From the NCBI RefSeq assembly GCF_003918875.1, contig NW_025766012.1, forward strand, positions 1-64,000: a DNA stretch of 64,000 bases, given 5' to 3'. Positions 1 through 14,529 of the stretch are shown in pieces. The translations under genes were made by a program, and so were the position numbers. This DNA comes from Haliotis rubra. Its lineage: Eukaryota. Position 1 is the first letter of the stretch, and every line of letters starts with the position of its first letter. The notes beneath the pieces were generated by a model. It had not been told where the DNA came from and made no database searches. It saw only the letters and a list, made by a program, of their open reading frames with translations.

Positions 1-299
1 GGTGGTTACGTATTGCTCGCCATAGTTGTTTTTAAGAAAAGGCTCATTACGTCCGCCAAACTGTGCCGGATAGCTGTTGACGGCATGGTTTGAATGATAT
101 GCACCCCAAAGGTCCCGAAGGGTAATTGAGCGTGTCCGCGTTGTAGACATGACCATACACGTCCGACAACGCAGCAGGAAGACGAAAATCGCCTCTATTA
201 TCTTACGCACCATATGTCCTGTGGCTTGTCGTATATTCCTGCTGATGGGTCTAACCACCCTTAATGTACGCAATCGTTTCTGACCACCGGCGTGCCGAA

Positions 300-750
300 G
301 CCTTTGAAAATAACCCTACGTATCGGCCTCGTTAATCGTCGTGCTGTCACTTGTCGTCTCTAATCGTCCCCTATTATATACACAATCGTGAGTGTCCACC
401 CCGTCGTCTCTACACCTCTCCTTCGAAAATAACCCTCTACGTGCTATCGTTAATCGGTCTAGCTGCTCCAATCGTCCTCCTATTATACACAAACTGCGAG
501 TGTTCACCCCGTCGTCTCTAGTACACCCTCTCCTTCGAAAAAATAACCCCTTACGCATACATCGATTAATCGGTCTAGCTGCTCTAATGCGTCCCTATTA
601 TACATGACCGCTGAGTGTCTCACCCCGTCGTCTCTACACACTTTCCTTCGAAAATAACCCCCTTACGTACATCGTTAATCGGCCTAACTGCTCTAATCGT
701 CCCCTATTATGCACAGTCGTGAGTGTCCAATCTCCCGTCGACTCTACACA
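300..750. repeat. Degenerate tandem repeat, ~112-118 bp unit, ~4 copies, inside the Polinton
   Basis: TTCGAAAATAACCC...TCGTTAATCGG...CCCGTCGTCTCTACAC recurs at ~304, 422, 534 and 646. Confidence 0.85.
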
Positions 751-2119
751 ATTTTTCCTTCACATAGAACTTACAGGAAGAAGAAGAAGAAGGAAAATAT
801 TTTTTTTTTTGTGTCACATGTTATATATAAAACATACATAAACTTAAAAACATTCAATAAAATATAACATCCGGCCATATGGCCATCTATGAGACACAAG
901 GCACTATATTATATCTAAAACACATAGTAGTAAATAAAAGATCACAGCTTTCTAAAGGAAGAATGGAGTGTGGCATATATATTTAAGTATATGACCACAA
1001 ACCACGTTTAGCAAATGAGCTACTTGAGAAGAAAAGTGTTATAATTTTGTGTTTAACATGTTAAAATTCATAAGACTTCAGACATAACATCTGGTATGTG
1101 ATTAATAGTTTCTCACTATGACTTCAATTTCCAAACAGAATAGAATATCGCCAAATTCCTAAGTATAACAGTTGGGAGTGTGGTATATTTAATTTCACGA
1201 CTACAAAGCGCAATACGCCATTAAACATTTCAGGTAACTAATGGTGCTAAGTAATTTTATTACACTTAACATTACTCTAGCATATATATGGCCTGGCTCT
1301 GAAGGATGGCAAAAGAGAGAAAAAAAAGAGTTAATATTTAGCACATTTTTCCTCTACAAATCGTATCGTAAAATCTGGAATATAGTGGATAGCTGGACCA
1401 AAAAGTGAACTTCGTCCCTCAATCTAAAATTGCTATCACAATTCCGCTACAAATTTCGAGAATTTATATACCGTCTCGAAAATAGCCTCTACGTACATCG
1501 TCAATAGGGTTAACGTCTCTAATCGTCTTCTAATACTACAGTCGCTGTTGTCTCGCACCAGTTTTCCCCAATAAAACTCACATGAAGTCGCGGAAATTAC
1601 ATCTACTATCTTATACACCATTTCTCTGCTGATGTCTTCTCCATGGTGTGCGCTGACGCGATAACTTCCTTTCAACTGTGTAAAGCAAGGCCACCACAGA
1701 CGGTTTTAAGAAAAGGGGGATAGTATTGCCAAACCATTGCAAATCTCTGCCCTCGGCAAAGTATTATTTGATGCAGTAGTGTAAACCGCCCGTCATCTCC
1801 GTAATAGTAGTATACAGCAGTACTCAAGCTAAAATGATCACATTGTAATATATACTGTCCAACTCTCTATATAGCCGACTAGTGTCAACTTCACAACACA
1901 TGCGACACTTCAATAAACCACTTTTTTAATACTGTGTATCCATCGGGAGTGAATGACTCCGGTCCGCTTCTGACAATAATCAGACACGCTAAGAAAAAGG
2001 CAGGTAAACACGGGCTTAGGTGTAGTGTGTGGTCACAGTTCGAAAACACTGTATCGTATTTCCTTTTATAAGGGTCGGTGATATTTTTGAACGGTCTAAT
2101 CTCTACTTGATGATACGGT

Positions 2120-2335
2120 ATTATCATACTTTGAAAACAGCTTATCGTATTTTATATAAGTGGTGTGTCATAATTTTGGAACAGAGTGTCATACTTTGAA
2201 AACAGCTTATCGTATTCTTATCAATGATGTGTCATATACTCTTTGGAACAGCAGGCCTACACTTCCTTTGAAAAGAGCTTATCATATTTTTATAAGTGGG
2301 GTGTCCCACCTCTTCGAACAGTGTGTCATAATTTT
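2120..2335. repeat. Short degenerate tandem repeat (CATACTTTGAAAACAGCTTATCGTATT)
   Basis: Motif recurs at ~2125, 2190 and 2262; related CATACTTTTGAA copies occur at ~4604 and 4633. Confidence 0.65.
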
Positions 2336-5300
2336 ATGCGGTTAAAATTCTCCCGCCATTTTAGTAGCAAAATCCGTGAGAAATTGTAATGCAGGCTAAG
2401 TTGCCATTAACTTCTTTGGGAGGATTTTTAGTAATACTCTGTAACGAATTGTTCCAATGTTTGGGACACTGTGTCATACCTTGGTAGGAGCACTTTCTCC
2501 TTCCGTTCCCACTGTAGATACATCTGCAGAAAAACGTACAACATGAATGCTCGAAACAGTTTCGGAAATGCGTTTGGGGAATTAGATAAGGATTGAGTGC
2601 TACTGATTAAGAAAGTACTGCATTGAAACACACAATCTAGAGGTGCGCGAGAGACAGCTGTAACATCGGTATGCAATCTCATGACCTCGCAACGGCTCAT
2701 GACTCCTCTGAGAGGACCTCCTCCCTTTATCACGTCACAAACAAGGTGAATTTGTATTAACTCTCGCTATACCTCTTCAACAACGCCATGCTCGATCACG
2801 AGGTGATGACGCCGGTGTCCCTTGGAATGAAGCTGAGCCCTGCTATATGACGGAGAGGAGACAGGGGCTGTAAGCATGCAACTGATAGGATGGAAGACTG
2901 GAGGCATAACTCATTCTCAATGGCATCAACAGAAGGCGGGGTGAGTGGGAGTCACTCGCTGCCAACGCGGAAGAGAATTGGGATTTAGAGCTGATGTCGG
3001 TGGAAGCGACTCAGCACTTCCATCGCCACCCATCACCATACCAATCAATATCATGCGTGTTCCGCATGGTGAGTGCTCACCAATGTCGGGGATGTCTACC
3101 AGTCTATGCAAAACGGGACTCATGGTAATTATAATGGTACATTTCAGTGCGCGGGCGTTATTGTAGTAATTATCCCGAGCGACACATACATGAGACGATT
3201 TACGCATGGTAGTAAGTGTCATATCAGGCGAAGGGATGACACCAACAGTGTCAGTGCACTCTACAGCCGTGGGGTTCCAATTCCTTACACCACCTTAACG
3301 GTCCTTTTCAGGACTACCCATCTCCTCCTAAAAGAATGCGCTCGTACATTGCAAAACAACGATAAAGCGGCGAGTAGCTTGTTTTCTCCAGCGGCGGTAG
3401 CACGACCAACGTCGCATTATCTTCGCGACCCCTGTAACTTTGTGCCGGACTCTATACCGTACGCCCTTCATGGCCATGAAACCAATGTCTTCGTGGATTC
3501 GCTCGATCCGCGTCCGACCGGGTGAAGAAGCTCAAGCTAGATAGTCAGTTTCTACTATAAAAGCCACGAACACCTCCTTTAGTTCGCCTCCAGCTGTATA
3601 ATTAGTCTTTTCCTCAATTCGCTCCACCGTACCATCACCTACCGGCCGCTGTCCCTACAGTCAAACGATCATATGCGTGGGGCGAACACGTACGGTTCCA
3701 AATCAGCTACGCCCTGACGCACGCCCTGTCACATCGCCTGCGGTGGCTCTGCGTCTTAGTATACAACCATCCCTCCAGCCTGTCACTCGGGACCAAAAGA
3801 GACCGCCACACCACCACCACCAACAACGACGGCGCAGACCCACCCCAGCATCGACCCTTCAAACAACGCAGCAGCACCACCGAACGCACCAATGCCTAAA
3901 AACACACTCACGGAGACGACAACCACGAACCACCCGGGCCGAAGAAAGTCCAACCACGCAACCAAAAGAGAAAAACTCGGCGCATGACGCAACGCATCTA
4001 AGAACAAGAACAAGAAGAAGAAGAAGAAGAACTCTTACAGCATTACCGTCGCCTATGCGCGACAACCGAGGACGGCGAACAGCACCCGAGGGAGGGTAGA
4101 AACCAACGCCGGTGATAGACATCGAAAGTTGCAGAAGCTCGTGGCCGAGAGCTGATAGGGCAGTACAGCAGGCTCCGATCCTGGTGCCTGAACGCGCATC
4201 AGCCTCCTCTCGGCGTGTCGATTATAAACAAACATGATGATAATAATATATTTTGTTTTAAAAATAAACGAACGGATCGCTGTTCGCTTGGAAATGTGGC
4301 GTTTCGCTGCTTTCGAAACAGTTATTCTCGTGATACCCAACAGTATGTCGGTGATCTGGATTGGCAAAAAAAGGTGCATGGCTGCCAGTTTTTTTGTTTT
4401 TTTTTGTGAACTTTCCTTCATACTTTTAGATCGTGCCATCGTACATTGGCGTATGACGATGGATACTTTTAGGAATACGTCATAATTCTTTGGAACGGTA
4501 TTACCGCACTTTGGTGCTAGATTATTCGTTCTACCCATGCTTTTTAAGTAGTAAAATCTATGGAATCGGTCCACCGCTTAATGACACGATTTGAAGGGTC
4601 TGTCATACTTTTGAACAGCCGCGGTGTGTAATTATTGCGGAACAACGCTACCATACTTTTGAAAACGACGCTACATTTGAGCCGTAAGCATTGAAGGACG
4701 GCATTAATTTTTAGAATAAGTGTGTTGTAATTTTTGGGGAACGGTGTCATGCCTGCGTGGTTATACATTCTCCCTACATGATTCATTCTTGAAGTAGTAA
4801 AATCTACGGACACTAGAAAACCCTAGACAGCAATACACGCTTCCAACGTTATCGCAATGGTTTGATAAGATTATTTTATATCGCTAATGTTAGTTATTAA
4901 TTGCCGCCATTCCCTCCCGCGGAGAGGTGGTGCCTTAAATTTTGTCCTTCTTTACCAGCTATAAATTGTCTGATATCTCTACGATGGTAATCTTCTCAAA
5001 ACAAACGGAAACACGTTTGTTGTCGAAAGCAGTTTGATTGCTGGCTACACCGCTGGCCCCGTTGACGGCACCTTGTTCCCGCCATTAAACAATCCGGGTG
5101 TTGTTCCATATGAGTGGATTTCGTAAAGCTATCAGCGCATAGCACGCGACATAGCTTCAATAATCCCAACACCGGCCAGGGCACATTACGCTTTGATAAT
5201 AATACCTAAAGTCTCTCTTTCTCCTTCGCCTTCTTTGCTGTGGTTTCCATTTTCAAATAAAGACAACTTCGGGTATTCGGATACTTAACGATACAAGATT

Positions 5301-6799
5301 TAAACACAAATACGGCAAGCGCAGATTCCTCTCTACTGTACACTCTTACCCCTTTTATATAATGTCGTTGAGAGAGAGAGAGAATTCCCCATTTATGTAT
5401 ACTGTCAGCGCTGAGAGAGAGAGAGGCTTCATAGTTGTCACCAACTCCAGGCAAACATTTTATCATCACGGGCCGACGGCAGAAACGTCTAGCCTGGCAA
5501 TCTGCTCAATCTCTAAGATATTCAGACTCTATTTAGAGGTCCCAGCCGCAAGTAAACCACTTTCGTGGAAGCACATGCTAGAAAAGGATATAGATGGTCC
5601 ATGGTCTTTACTACAAAATACACGTTATGTAGTATGGGTTCTACATCCCGAAACGCAACCCGTGATAATGACGCTTATAAAGCCATCTGCGCCAGGAGTA
5701 TCGACATTCATTTCTGCGCAGATAGTGACGACGAAGGCTACGCTGACGCCTAAGTATAATTCATTAGCCTACCCACGCCGCAGGCGATTTGACAGCGAGG
5801 ACGAGCAAGAGTTTAGATGGTCTCGCTAAGAGATCTGAGATCACAGACAGACCAGCATATACTATACTTCATAACAGAATATTTTGTTAATCGGCCTCCA
5901 TAGAACGATCAGCCACCAGGCGACATTGCTGTGTACAAGAATCCTCGACAGTCAGATAGAGCGCATTTAGCTAGACAAATATTTCCAAATAAACGCTCTT
6001 TATAAGAGAGGCTTACTTCAAATACACCGCCACACCTACATACTGCTAGATTTTAACACCGAACAAAGTCTGACGAGTTTAGAGGCGCAAGTCCGTTTAA
6101 CAGAGAAACGAGAAATAGATGAAGGCAATCAATCTAAAACAAAAGCGAATAGAATGACGCTAACGCCAGAGTTGCGCTTCGAATGAAATGCTGAGCAGAC
6201 TTATCGTCGGGGAAGCTTACCACGACAAAGACCAAGATAGCAATAGTAGCACCAGCACCTATGATTACCACTTTGATTCTTCATCGCCATACTTAATTAA
6301 TACTACAGCGATGACCTATAGTACCAGCATAGACGATAATGACGATGTCACCACCACGAAGTTCTTTTCTTTTTGTTTGGGGACACCAATGCTGCCATTG
6401 TCGACGATGTACTTTGTATAACGACGACAGCCGAAGCAGTAAATCTATTACCAGGACGACGTATACGGAGAACCAAGAGAACGGAATACCCAAGATTGTT
6501 CTGAAAAGGAAATAAATAACCATAAATGAAGATCGTGAGTTTTGTAGTCATTTTATTGTGTACACCTTGGAGTAGAGTTTACACCCTACCCTGACACAAG
6601 TAAATTCACCGTAAAATATGCCGCTCTTAACAGTAATTACACTCGATCTCGCGGCTGTGGCGCCGCTAAAGCAGGAAACACCGGGTGGTAAGCGAAAAGG
6701 TGTATTTCAAAGGCGCATTCGGCCAACAGGGTTGTGCGCCACCCGACATTATACACTACCTATGTAAAGCCCCACCCCGTCAGATGCCTAATTAATTGT

Positions 6800-7600
6800 T
6801 TACCCAAAGAGTCATAGACGTTTTACGGTGACAGCCGCTAATGGCGTATTCCGGCAATTTACCTATGATCAGAGGACTCGGGTTAAACCAGCAGTGAGCT
6901 CTTCATACCCTATGTCAGGAGACGAGCTCTACTGCAAGAGGAAAATATTGGCTAGCGCATATATTACCATTGTTGTTGTTGCTCTTTGTTCCAGTCAGAA
7001 TAAACCGTGACGTGAGGTGGTAGGGTTCATTACAGGCTCCAGATAACCACTGTCCTCCTACTAAGATACAGGAAGTACCGTGCCGTATTCCTGACTCGCA
7101 GATTCCTCGCGACGAATGGTCAGGGTCTCGGCAAGATACTCTCCCTCTCCGGAAATGCTCTTTTAACGGTAAAGAAAGGCGGCATAATTCCATGAAATGG
7201 TGTTTCGTTGTGTATGACGACGAAATGGCGAGTAGGATGTTGCGAATAGGGACGCCATCCGTACGGTTAACCACACGAGAAAATGCCATGCTTATAACTT
7301 CATTGGAAGATCGCTCTTAGATTTTATGTCGAGCCCGGCGCGGTGAAGGCAAACGCATTCTAGATGATACACATTTTCCCCGAAGCCATTAAACCACGGT
7401 GAAGGTGAAAGCAACACCGTAGCCTCGCCGTTAAGCGCCGAGTAACAACATCGGGCTTTAGATGCCAATGCTTCTGGCGTTTTGACCGAATACCGAAAAC
7501 GGGCCAGACGACAGCAAAGATATTACCGACTTTATTAAAAAACGATCCGCGACTTGGGAGTGGCTCTAATGCGCTGAACTTTGAGCTATAAGGGTTCGTC
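6800..7600 (+). pseudogene. Possible Polinton packaging ATPase remnant
   Basis: Walker-B-like WCFVVYDDEM at ~7198-7227 and position just upstream of the integrase. Walker A is not cleanly readable. Confidence 0.35.
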
Positions 7601-7879
7601 TCCAGACCAGAGACCTTGGCGCCGACGATACACGAGCTGACGCAAAGAGCAGTAAATACAACGCAGGTAGGTGCTCGTCGCCGAATGGCAGACACTGGTG
7701 CGAAAGCACTGCTTTATTAAAAACAGGTTATAAGATCGGAAAGCACCCTGGGAAGTCGCTGGAAGGAAGAAGAAACGAAGTAATGAGGAAGGTTGAGCTC
7801 GGAATACGCCGTAGAGGGAAAAGAAAGGGCGACACGGTGGGTCTACAACATCGACAGCTGAAAGCTATTAAGCCTTAAT

Positions 7880-8975
7880 GGGCTGAAATGGTTGAAACGC
7901 ATGTATTATGATGCATCGGTGCCTTTGATTCACGGGTTGGCCTCTTAAGAAAATTATCGGTATTAGGCAACGGTAATCTGGTCAAACCCCATTCTTACCA
8001 GGTGATCGTTTGGTTAAAGAGACAGCCCTACAGCCCAAGCATTAGGCCCGCCCGGCCAAGCTTTCCTGTGAACACCTCATTCCGCACCATATGTAGAAAG
8101 GATCAGTTGTGGCAGGCTGATTTGTCGGACGTCGCCAGATTAGCAAAGCTTCTAACGATGGTTGGCAAATTTATTATGTTGCGGATTTGTTCAGTAGATA
8201 CGCGTTTTGGCCGAACCGCCTGGTCTTTGATGTATATAAAACGGTAATCGCCGGTTTCGAAAAGAATTCTGGACCGCTAAGCCCTCGTATTTTCCATAGC
8301 TTAATGACTGATAAAGGTAGCGAATTTGTCAACAGTTGTTGTAAGCATCATATTAGGAACGTTCTGGGAAATAGTTTTATACCAGTCAGAACGATGACGT
8401 GAAATGTTCCGTCGTAAAAGATTTCAGAGAACTCTAAAGACCCGCATGTGGAGATACCTTAACACTGTATCGCTAACCTCGTATGTCGGGTATTGGCTAA
8501 AATATTGAAAGCCTACAATAACGATACCACACATCCATAGGACGCTAGCCCAGCGACGCGTTGATAACTATTCTCGACGATAGCTGTATGTCCGTTTGAG
8601 GCAGCAAACGAGTCAAAAGATTCCCCAAAACGTGAGAAATACTTATTGCCGCAAAACAACACCAGTCAGAATTTCGACGAGTAAAGGGAATTTTACAGTT
8701 GCCACGAGGCCAATTGACCAGGGAAATATCTACGGGTCACCGCTGATATAGGAAGAAACCGACTCAGTTCAAGTAAAATACCGACTACAATAAAACTTAT
8801 AAAAGCGAACATTTTACCGATGAGTTACAAGTCGCATCGGTTTCAGAGGCGCACGGGGCGGCGCGTTAAAGAGAAGGTCAATAAAGACTACTACGGTAAA
8901 AGAGAAATACTGGTTCGATGGAAGGGATACCCGAAAGCAAAGAATTCGACCAATGGCTACCTGAAAAGTCACATG
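7880..8975 (+). pseudogene. Polinton retroviral-like (rve) integrase with C-terminal chromodomain, frameshifted
   Basis: LKRMYYDA; DQLWQADLSD; FSRYAFW; LMTDKGSEF; RTLKTRMWRY; AYN..H.SIG; chromodomain ILVRWKGYP...EFDQWL. Confidence 0.85.
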
Positions 8976-9279
8976 GTAGGATTTCCTCAAAAAGGGCTGA
9001 CATGCATGAGGAAGCTACCACTACACACCATCCTGCTATGCGTATGCTGATCGTGATGCTACCTGTCGCTGAAAGGTACCACATTGGTCCCGGGATCTTA
9101 GCTGAGGATATAAAGAAGGTTGAAGAACCGTTGTTTGAATTACTGAAAGTGGAGCCGCTCACGGGCCGGTTCATACCCTCCCGCCCTTTAAGAAGTCGTA
9201 ACAGCAAATAAACCTCGTCTGTCAATGAACGCCAGATGTGGAGAACAGCACCCACAAGATTATGAATAACGGTAATGGG

Positions 9280-10315
9280 CTTAATAGATTTTACATTAAT
9301 TCTACAAGCTGCATGCCAGTCCCAAACCAATCGATAATGTACAACACACCTATTATCTTAGATTTTACCATACCCCTGAAGTAAAAACAGAAAGGATAAT
9401 TGGAGGGCTGGCGTTAGGTACTGTGCAGATACCCGTGACATGGCCTAATTCTACCTGTTCCTCATAACGCTTTCAGCCGCGATGATATGACTGTCCCCCG
9501 GCCCTGCGAGAGTACCAGCGCAGGGTGCATCGGTGAGAAAGGATAGATTCTGTTTCGAAACCAAATTTCTGGGGCAGCCGATGCTGTCGCGAAAAGGAAT
9601 TATACGATCGCTAGACTCTAGGATACCATGAAATAGTTCCACTAACGCTGCGGTTGCAAGTTTGGCGTGAAAAGAATATCATAAACATAGCAATGCGGGG
9701 GTGTAAGGAAATCGAGACTTAGAATTTATAACGCCCAAAAGAGACTAGCTAGTAAATATGTAAAAATTCCTGGTGACGATTTAGTCTACATGGCCTCGGG
9801 CTTCGTAGGAAATGCATTTCGAGGGGTCCCATGCTGAAGAGGTGACATACGTTTTAGGCGTAATTGTGGTCCTAGATTTCGACGGTCTCCCCTTATTGAA
9901 AGCTTCCATGCTGGAACTTCAACAACCGCGAGTGCCCGAGGCAAGGGGCTTACACCCGTGTAATGCGTACTCGACCCCAGAACGACCCCTCGTATCGCAT
10001 AATGCGTTCCAATTCTCAAAAGAACAACTTTTCCACAATATGTACGTCTATGCCGCATTAATTATAGACGACCAGATAGTTGAGGATCACGCACGGCGCC
10101 CTGTTGACATTTCTTTTCGATACCCGCCAAAAGAAAAATGTTAAAAGATGTGAAGTATACGTGAGCTAAAAAGCAACCCTATTCAATATCTGTCTTTAAA
10201 ATTTGACGCAGATACGCTCTGTAGTCTATTCTTATAAAGAGACGATCGCTGACGACCCGTATCATTTGCTAGCGGTCGGGTCGCGGTGAGTGATACTCCA
10301 TTTTAAAACGAGGGA
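9280..10315 (+). pseudogene. Polinton minor capsid (penton-like) protein, frameshifted
   Basis: N-terminal W..G....IPVTW-type segment, HNMYVYAALIIDDQIV, and C-terminal SFASGRVAV..LHFKR-like segment typical of Maverick pentons. Confidence 0.6.
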
Positions 10316-10339
10316 TAAAACGCGTAAGACGCCTGTAAA

Positions 10340-10720
10340 GTGATGTACGGGAATCCACATAACGGTGTACGGGTAAGGCATTATGGTCAAAGGTGATGCT
10401 GGACCTCGGTGAATATTTTAGGGCGCTTATAGGTAGAATAGCGATGCCTGCTAAAGCTTCAACGGGTAAAATACTATTGAGGAGGAGGGAGGCCAGAAGG
10501 CTGCTGCGGGTGTTGTGGGCGACGCGAAGTGACGGAGTAGTGCAAAAGCGTCAGAAAGTGCATAAACGACGAGGTAGCAGGGCGCTTAAAAGCACGGTGA
10601 AAGGTGTTTTGGGATCATTTCCATCGGGGACGTCGAGCCATAAAGGCGTGACTCGTTGAGTAACGGGTACTGTGACACCTGCGTAAAAAAATCACGCCCG
10701 TAAAAGAGAGAATTCCGGCC
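10340..10720 (+). pseudogene. Basic, Gly/Arg/Lys-rich core (pVII-like) protein of the Polinton
   Basis: ORF 10393-10659 LGEYFRALIGRIAMP...KILLRRR...KRRGSRALK; lies between penton and major capsid. Confidence 0.5.
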
Positions 10721-10749
10721 GTTGGATCCCCTCCTGAGCAGAAAGAAGC

Positions 10750-12310
10750 GTAGGAGAAAGTCTAAGAGGCGTTTGGCATTTTAGTAGAGATATCGGCGTA
10801 CCATCCATCACGATGTCGAGGGATATGGAACACGCCAAGCAATGTGGTAAAAGCTTAACTGGATTTATTTTCTCATTACCGGGTATGGTTTCCAATGATG
10901 ATTTATTCCCACACTGGACCAAATATAGCCACGTTACAGGCCTCCGGGCAGTTGACAAAATCGCATAAGGTTTGATACGCAGCAACCCTATAAACAGCTA
11001 CGCGTAGATTCTGGCCGAATGTTATCTTGAGAATTGTAGGCGAACTTAAGACGGAATGATGGTCGAATGCTACAGATGCGGCTGACAATGTGATGAGCGC
11101 TGATGGGGAGATCGCGCCGGCCCAGGCACGAGACGCGTGTAAGCTCGCGAGCAGCCACTTTACATTCTCTATTTCCGGGGAGGTGAGAGTAATAGCGGCC
11201 TCCTAATCAACCAGAATTAACAGACAGTTTGGGTACATAACCGCACAGAGCGCATATACATAGAAACATTCACTGAGCTGCGACGAATCGCAAACAGAAA
11301 ACAATTTGGTAGCACAGAATTTCAGTAAAAGATAAAGGCAGAAGTGTTTTAAATTTAACTTTTTCTAGGCAATGCAGATTCCAACCCGCATCTTCAGAAA
11401 CGACGCTGGCAAAATGTGTGCCCAGTAGGCCCTTAGAACTCGTTGGAAAATTACACTCCTGGATTTGTTCATGCAGCATAGATCACCTCATAGACGGGCA
11501 AAATTTCTTAAAATCCGAATTCATGTATTGAGCCTCGAATAACTTCTATATGTTACAAATTACCACGGATTTATACGGTACTCGCGATACCGGGTTATGC
11601 TTTCGCTATATACTCTCAGCCGGAATTTCATGTCAGACAAGTAAAGCGTAGCACCGTTTATTAGGAGGCATAGCCATATTAAGAGGTTTGACGTGGGAAG
11701 GGCCTCGCGAAGTATCCCGCTAGCCCAGGTGAAAACTATGGCACACCCATATTCCCCCAAATACCCTGAGAGGAATATGAATTCCGAACATTTAATAATG
11801 GGTCCACATTCCTACAAAAGAATGAGTACTCGGTCTCGTTGACAACGAATCCTTCGGTGGGTTTCGAACAAAAATCCTTTTAATTTCCAGCCTTTTGGAT
11901 TGATCGGAAACAGTCGTTAAAGTAAACGTTCAGGAGGTAGGCAAAAGATGCCATACCGTCGAATTTCTGAACCCGACTCTACACGGATGTATCAGACATA
12001 CCTAGAGCTGTTTTAGAAATACAGGGGTTTCAGGAGAAATTCCACGCACAGTAACTCCCAAAGAGTGCTTTAGACGGTAATTACATTGTTTAGGTTCGGG
12101 ATTTAACGCGCACTACTGGAGTGCCGACATGTCACATCGCGATCCGAAGAGCTCTGGTAAAGGTCGGCATAGAATTGAAATTTTTCGCGAAAAGCCAACG
12201 CCCCGAGCTCTGACGTTAATAATAATTATAGAAGGCTGGACAGCGTAATAGGAATTTGATCACTTTAGAAATGCCGCTATACACTGGCGTAGACGAGGGA
12301 CGAGTTACAT
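10750..12310 (+). pseudogene. Polinton major capsid protein (double jelly-roll/hexon-like), frameshifted
   Basis: Fragments LHSLF (~11160), a YP.RAYIET-like segment (~11240-11270) and FNFQPFGL (~11880); ~1.5 kb length; position directly before the protease. Confidence 0.7.
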
Positions 12311-12339
12311 ATCCCCTTCTAAAATGTTGTACGGTCGAG

Positions 12340-12830
12340 ATTTTGGAATGGGTTTGGTCAGTAATGGTTCCTTTCCTTAAAACAACTATGGCGGCATAGA
12401 AGTAGCAGAGATGCTTTGGAAGAGGTGTGTGGTAATAAAATAGTCGGGTTGAAGAGACTGGGAAATATCCTATATTGTTTATTTTGCAACACGGACAGAA
12501 CATGCGAACCGGGGAAGTCACTGGCTCGCTTTTAAGCGTAGAGGCACCCAGTAAGATTACATGCACGACTCCGTACGGTACTAGATCACGCGAATATGGC
12601 CGAATTTCACGATTTTGTGACAAAATACGGTCGTTTGCATTATTCCTACAACAGAGTTCGTGGTGCAAAGTCTAATATCGTCAGTAGCTTGCGGTCACCA
12701 TTGGTTTATATTTCGGTAGCTGGCGATCTCGAGGTATTTCTAACGGCGATATAGTTAGTCATTTCAGTAAAAGTAACACGCTTGCAAACGATTCCATGGT
12801 TTTCAAGATGGTATGATAATGCCAAGAAGA
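12340..12830 (+). pseudogene. Adenain-like cysteine maturation protease, frameshifted
   Basis: NTD..EPGSHWLA-like segment (~12489-12530), DSYG-like (~12566), Q..ISSVACGHH (~12665-12702). Confidence 0.7.
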
Positions 12831-14039
12831 GGAATATACTCGAGAACTTTAAGAGCTATGGATTTTTGACGAGGGAAAAATAATGGCTTGTTGATAGAGC
12901 TTCGTAGGAATGTTGTCGATTTTTCTTTGCGCCATCATGGCCGTCAAAACCGGTCTTACTGAAGGCAACCATACAAGGGAGATTGTCCAGAGCCCGCTTT
13001 TAGCTTACGCTGACAGGTACTCGCAGCCGGCTAACGACTGTGTTTGATGTAACAGGTATAATTATGTCCAGGGCCGGGATTTGACCCCTTACCGTCAATA
13101 TAGCGGGGCGATGCGCTTGTAGGTCACACACCTATTCTTCTGCGACGTAACGCTACGATGGTGTTTGCGAGGTATCGCACCCCAGCGCGCAGTAAGTAGT
13201 TGGAAATGCCGTCTGCCCGAGAGCGAGGTTGTATATTTTGAGTGCTCCATTACAGCTTTGATGTCCTGCTGCTACGTTTGCGATCCCGTATAATGATCAG
13301 ACGCAGCGATGGAGAAAAGATTGTAAACTTTCTTCAATAAGAAAGGAGAAGTATCGCCCTCAAAGGACTCTGGAAACGAAGACACTTGCTTGTCTGTGGA
13401 CCGGAAACATGGTATCCAACGTTTCCCCAGCCAATATTATGTGGATTCAAAAATTACCGTTTCGCAACAGGGAGAGAATGGAGGAGAAACGGTGATAGAC
13501 AGTTCGGGAATTACACGCAGCCGGAGACACGCGGGGGAACCCTAGGGAGGCTACTGACGGATTTAAGCCAGAATTACTGTTACCTGAAGCAATGCTCAAA
13601 GCGGCTACGCCAGGATGGACTCTTTCAGGACTGGGCCAGAACAAATGGTTCAAAGGGAAGACAGCTAGCCCGGAGGAGGATTCTTTTATACAGGCGTGGC
13701 GGACAAGGTCGTATGCATGAAGTGGTGGATTAAGACTATGGAAATGGTGTGTGCAGAAGACGCACATAGACTTTCGAACGAAACAGGTTCAACCTGTCGT
13801 GCGATTTCTCAAAATCACGTGCCCCGTCAGGGTTGATACTGACATGAAAACTGTTTTGTAATCACGGGTTGCTTCTTGGTGGGTAGAAATGTAGATGTGC
13901 ATATTTACAGAATAAAATTTGTGAAATGTTGTTTTTACTAGTCTCTGCTTGTGTTTTATATAAAAAGTGTTGACGTTGCATCTCTACCTCAAAGTAAGGT
14001 ATATTTTAGGGGTGGTTTTAAACAACGAGGGATACAATG

Positions 14040-14420
14040 TTCGCGCGGATCTAGTATTGTAGAGAGCTTTATGCATGACTGTCCTAACCCAATATCTTCT
14101 TTGTTGTATTTGGTAGAATATAACCGCCTTCCCGTGTTGTATTGTAGAGAGCTTTACATAAACTGGAGGGTGTGTTATTTTTTGAGTGTCTTGTTACATT
14201 TGTTTTGCTGCCTAGTATTGTAGAGAGCTTTACATTGGCAGTACGACATTTACATGTACCTCCTTCAAAATTATTATTCATTCCGCTTTGGGTTTGATAA
14301 CGAGGAGTAAAGAACGTAACACTCGGTACCACTCTTGCTGCTTTGCCGTTTTCTACCTCATACCTTTGTTTCATGTAGAATATCACCGTCTTACCGTCTT
14401 GCATTGTAGAGAGCTTTTTA
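14040..14420. repeat. Four dispersed copies of TGTAGAGAGCTTT near the Polinton right end
   Basis: Motif at ~14058, 14143, 14219 and 14405; reads KALYN on the minus strand. Confidence 0.55.
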
Positions 14421-14529
14421 CACAGACAGCACGAGATTCCCTAGCCTATCCTTCCAAAAACTCAAATATTATTGGCACGCTAATGGTGCATTTAAGAGGT
14501 AAAAACGCGTCTGAGAGCAATTGAGAATT

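Noticed and set aside
12880-13900. Possible Polinton exonuclease-like or accessory genes after the protease
   Set aside because: Only weak fragmentary resemblance; too degraded to call.
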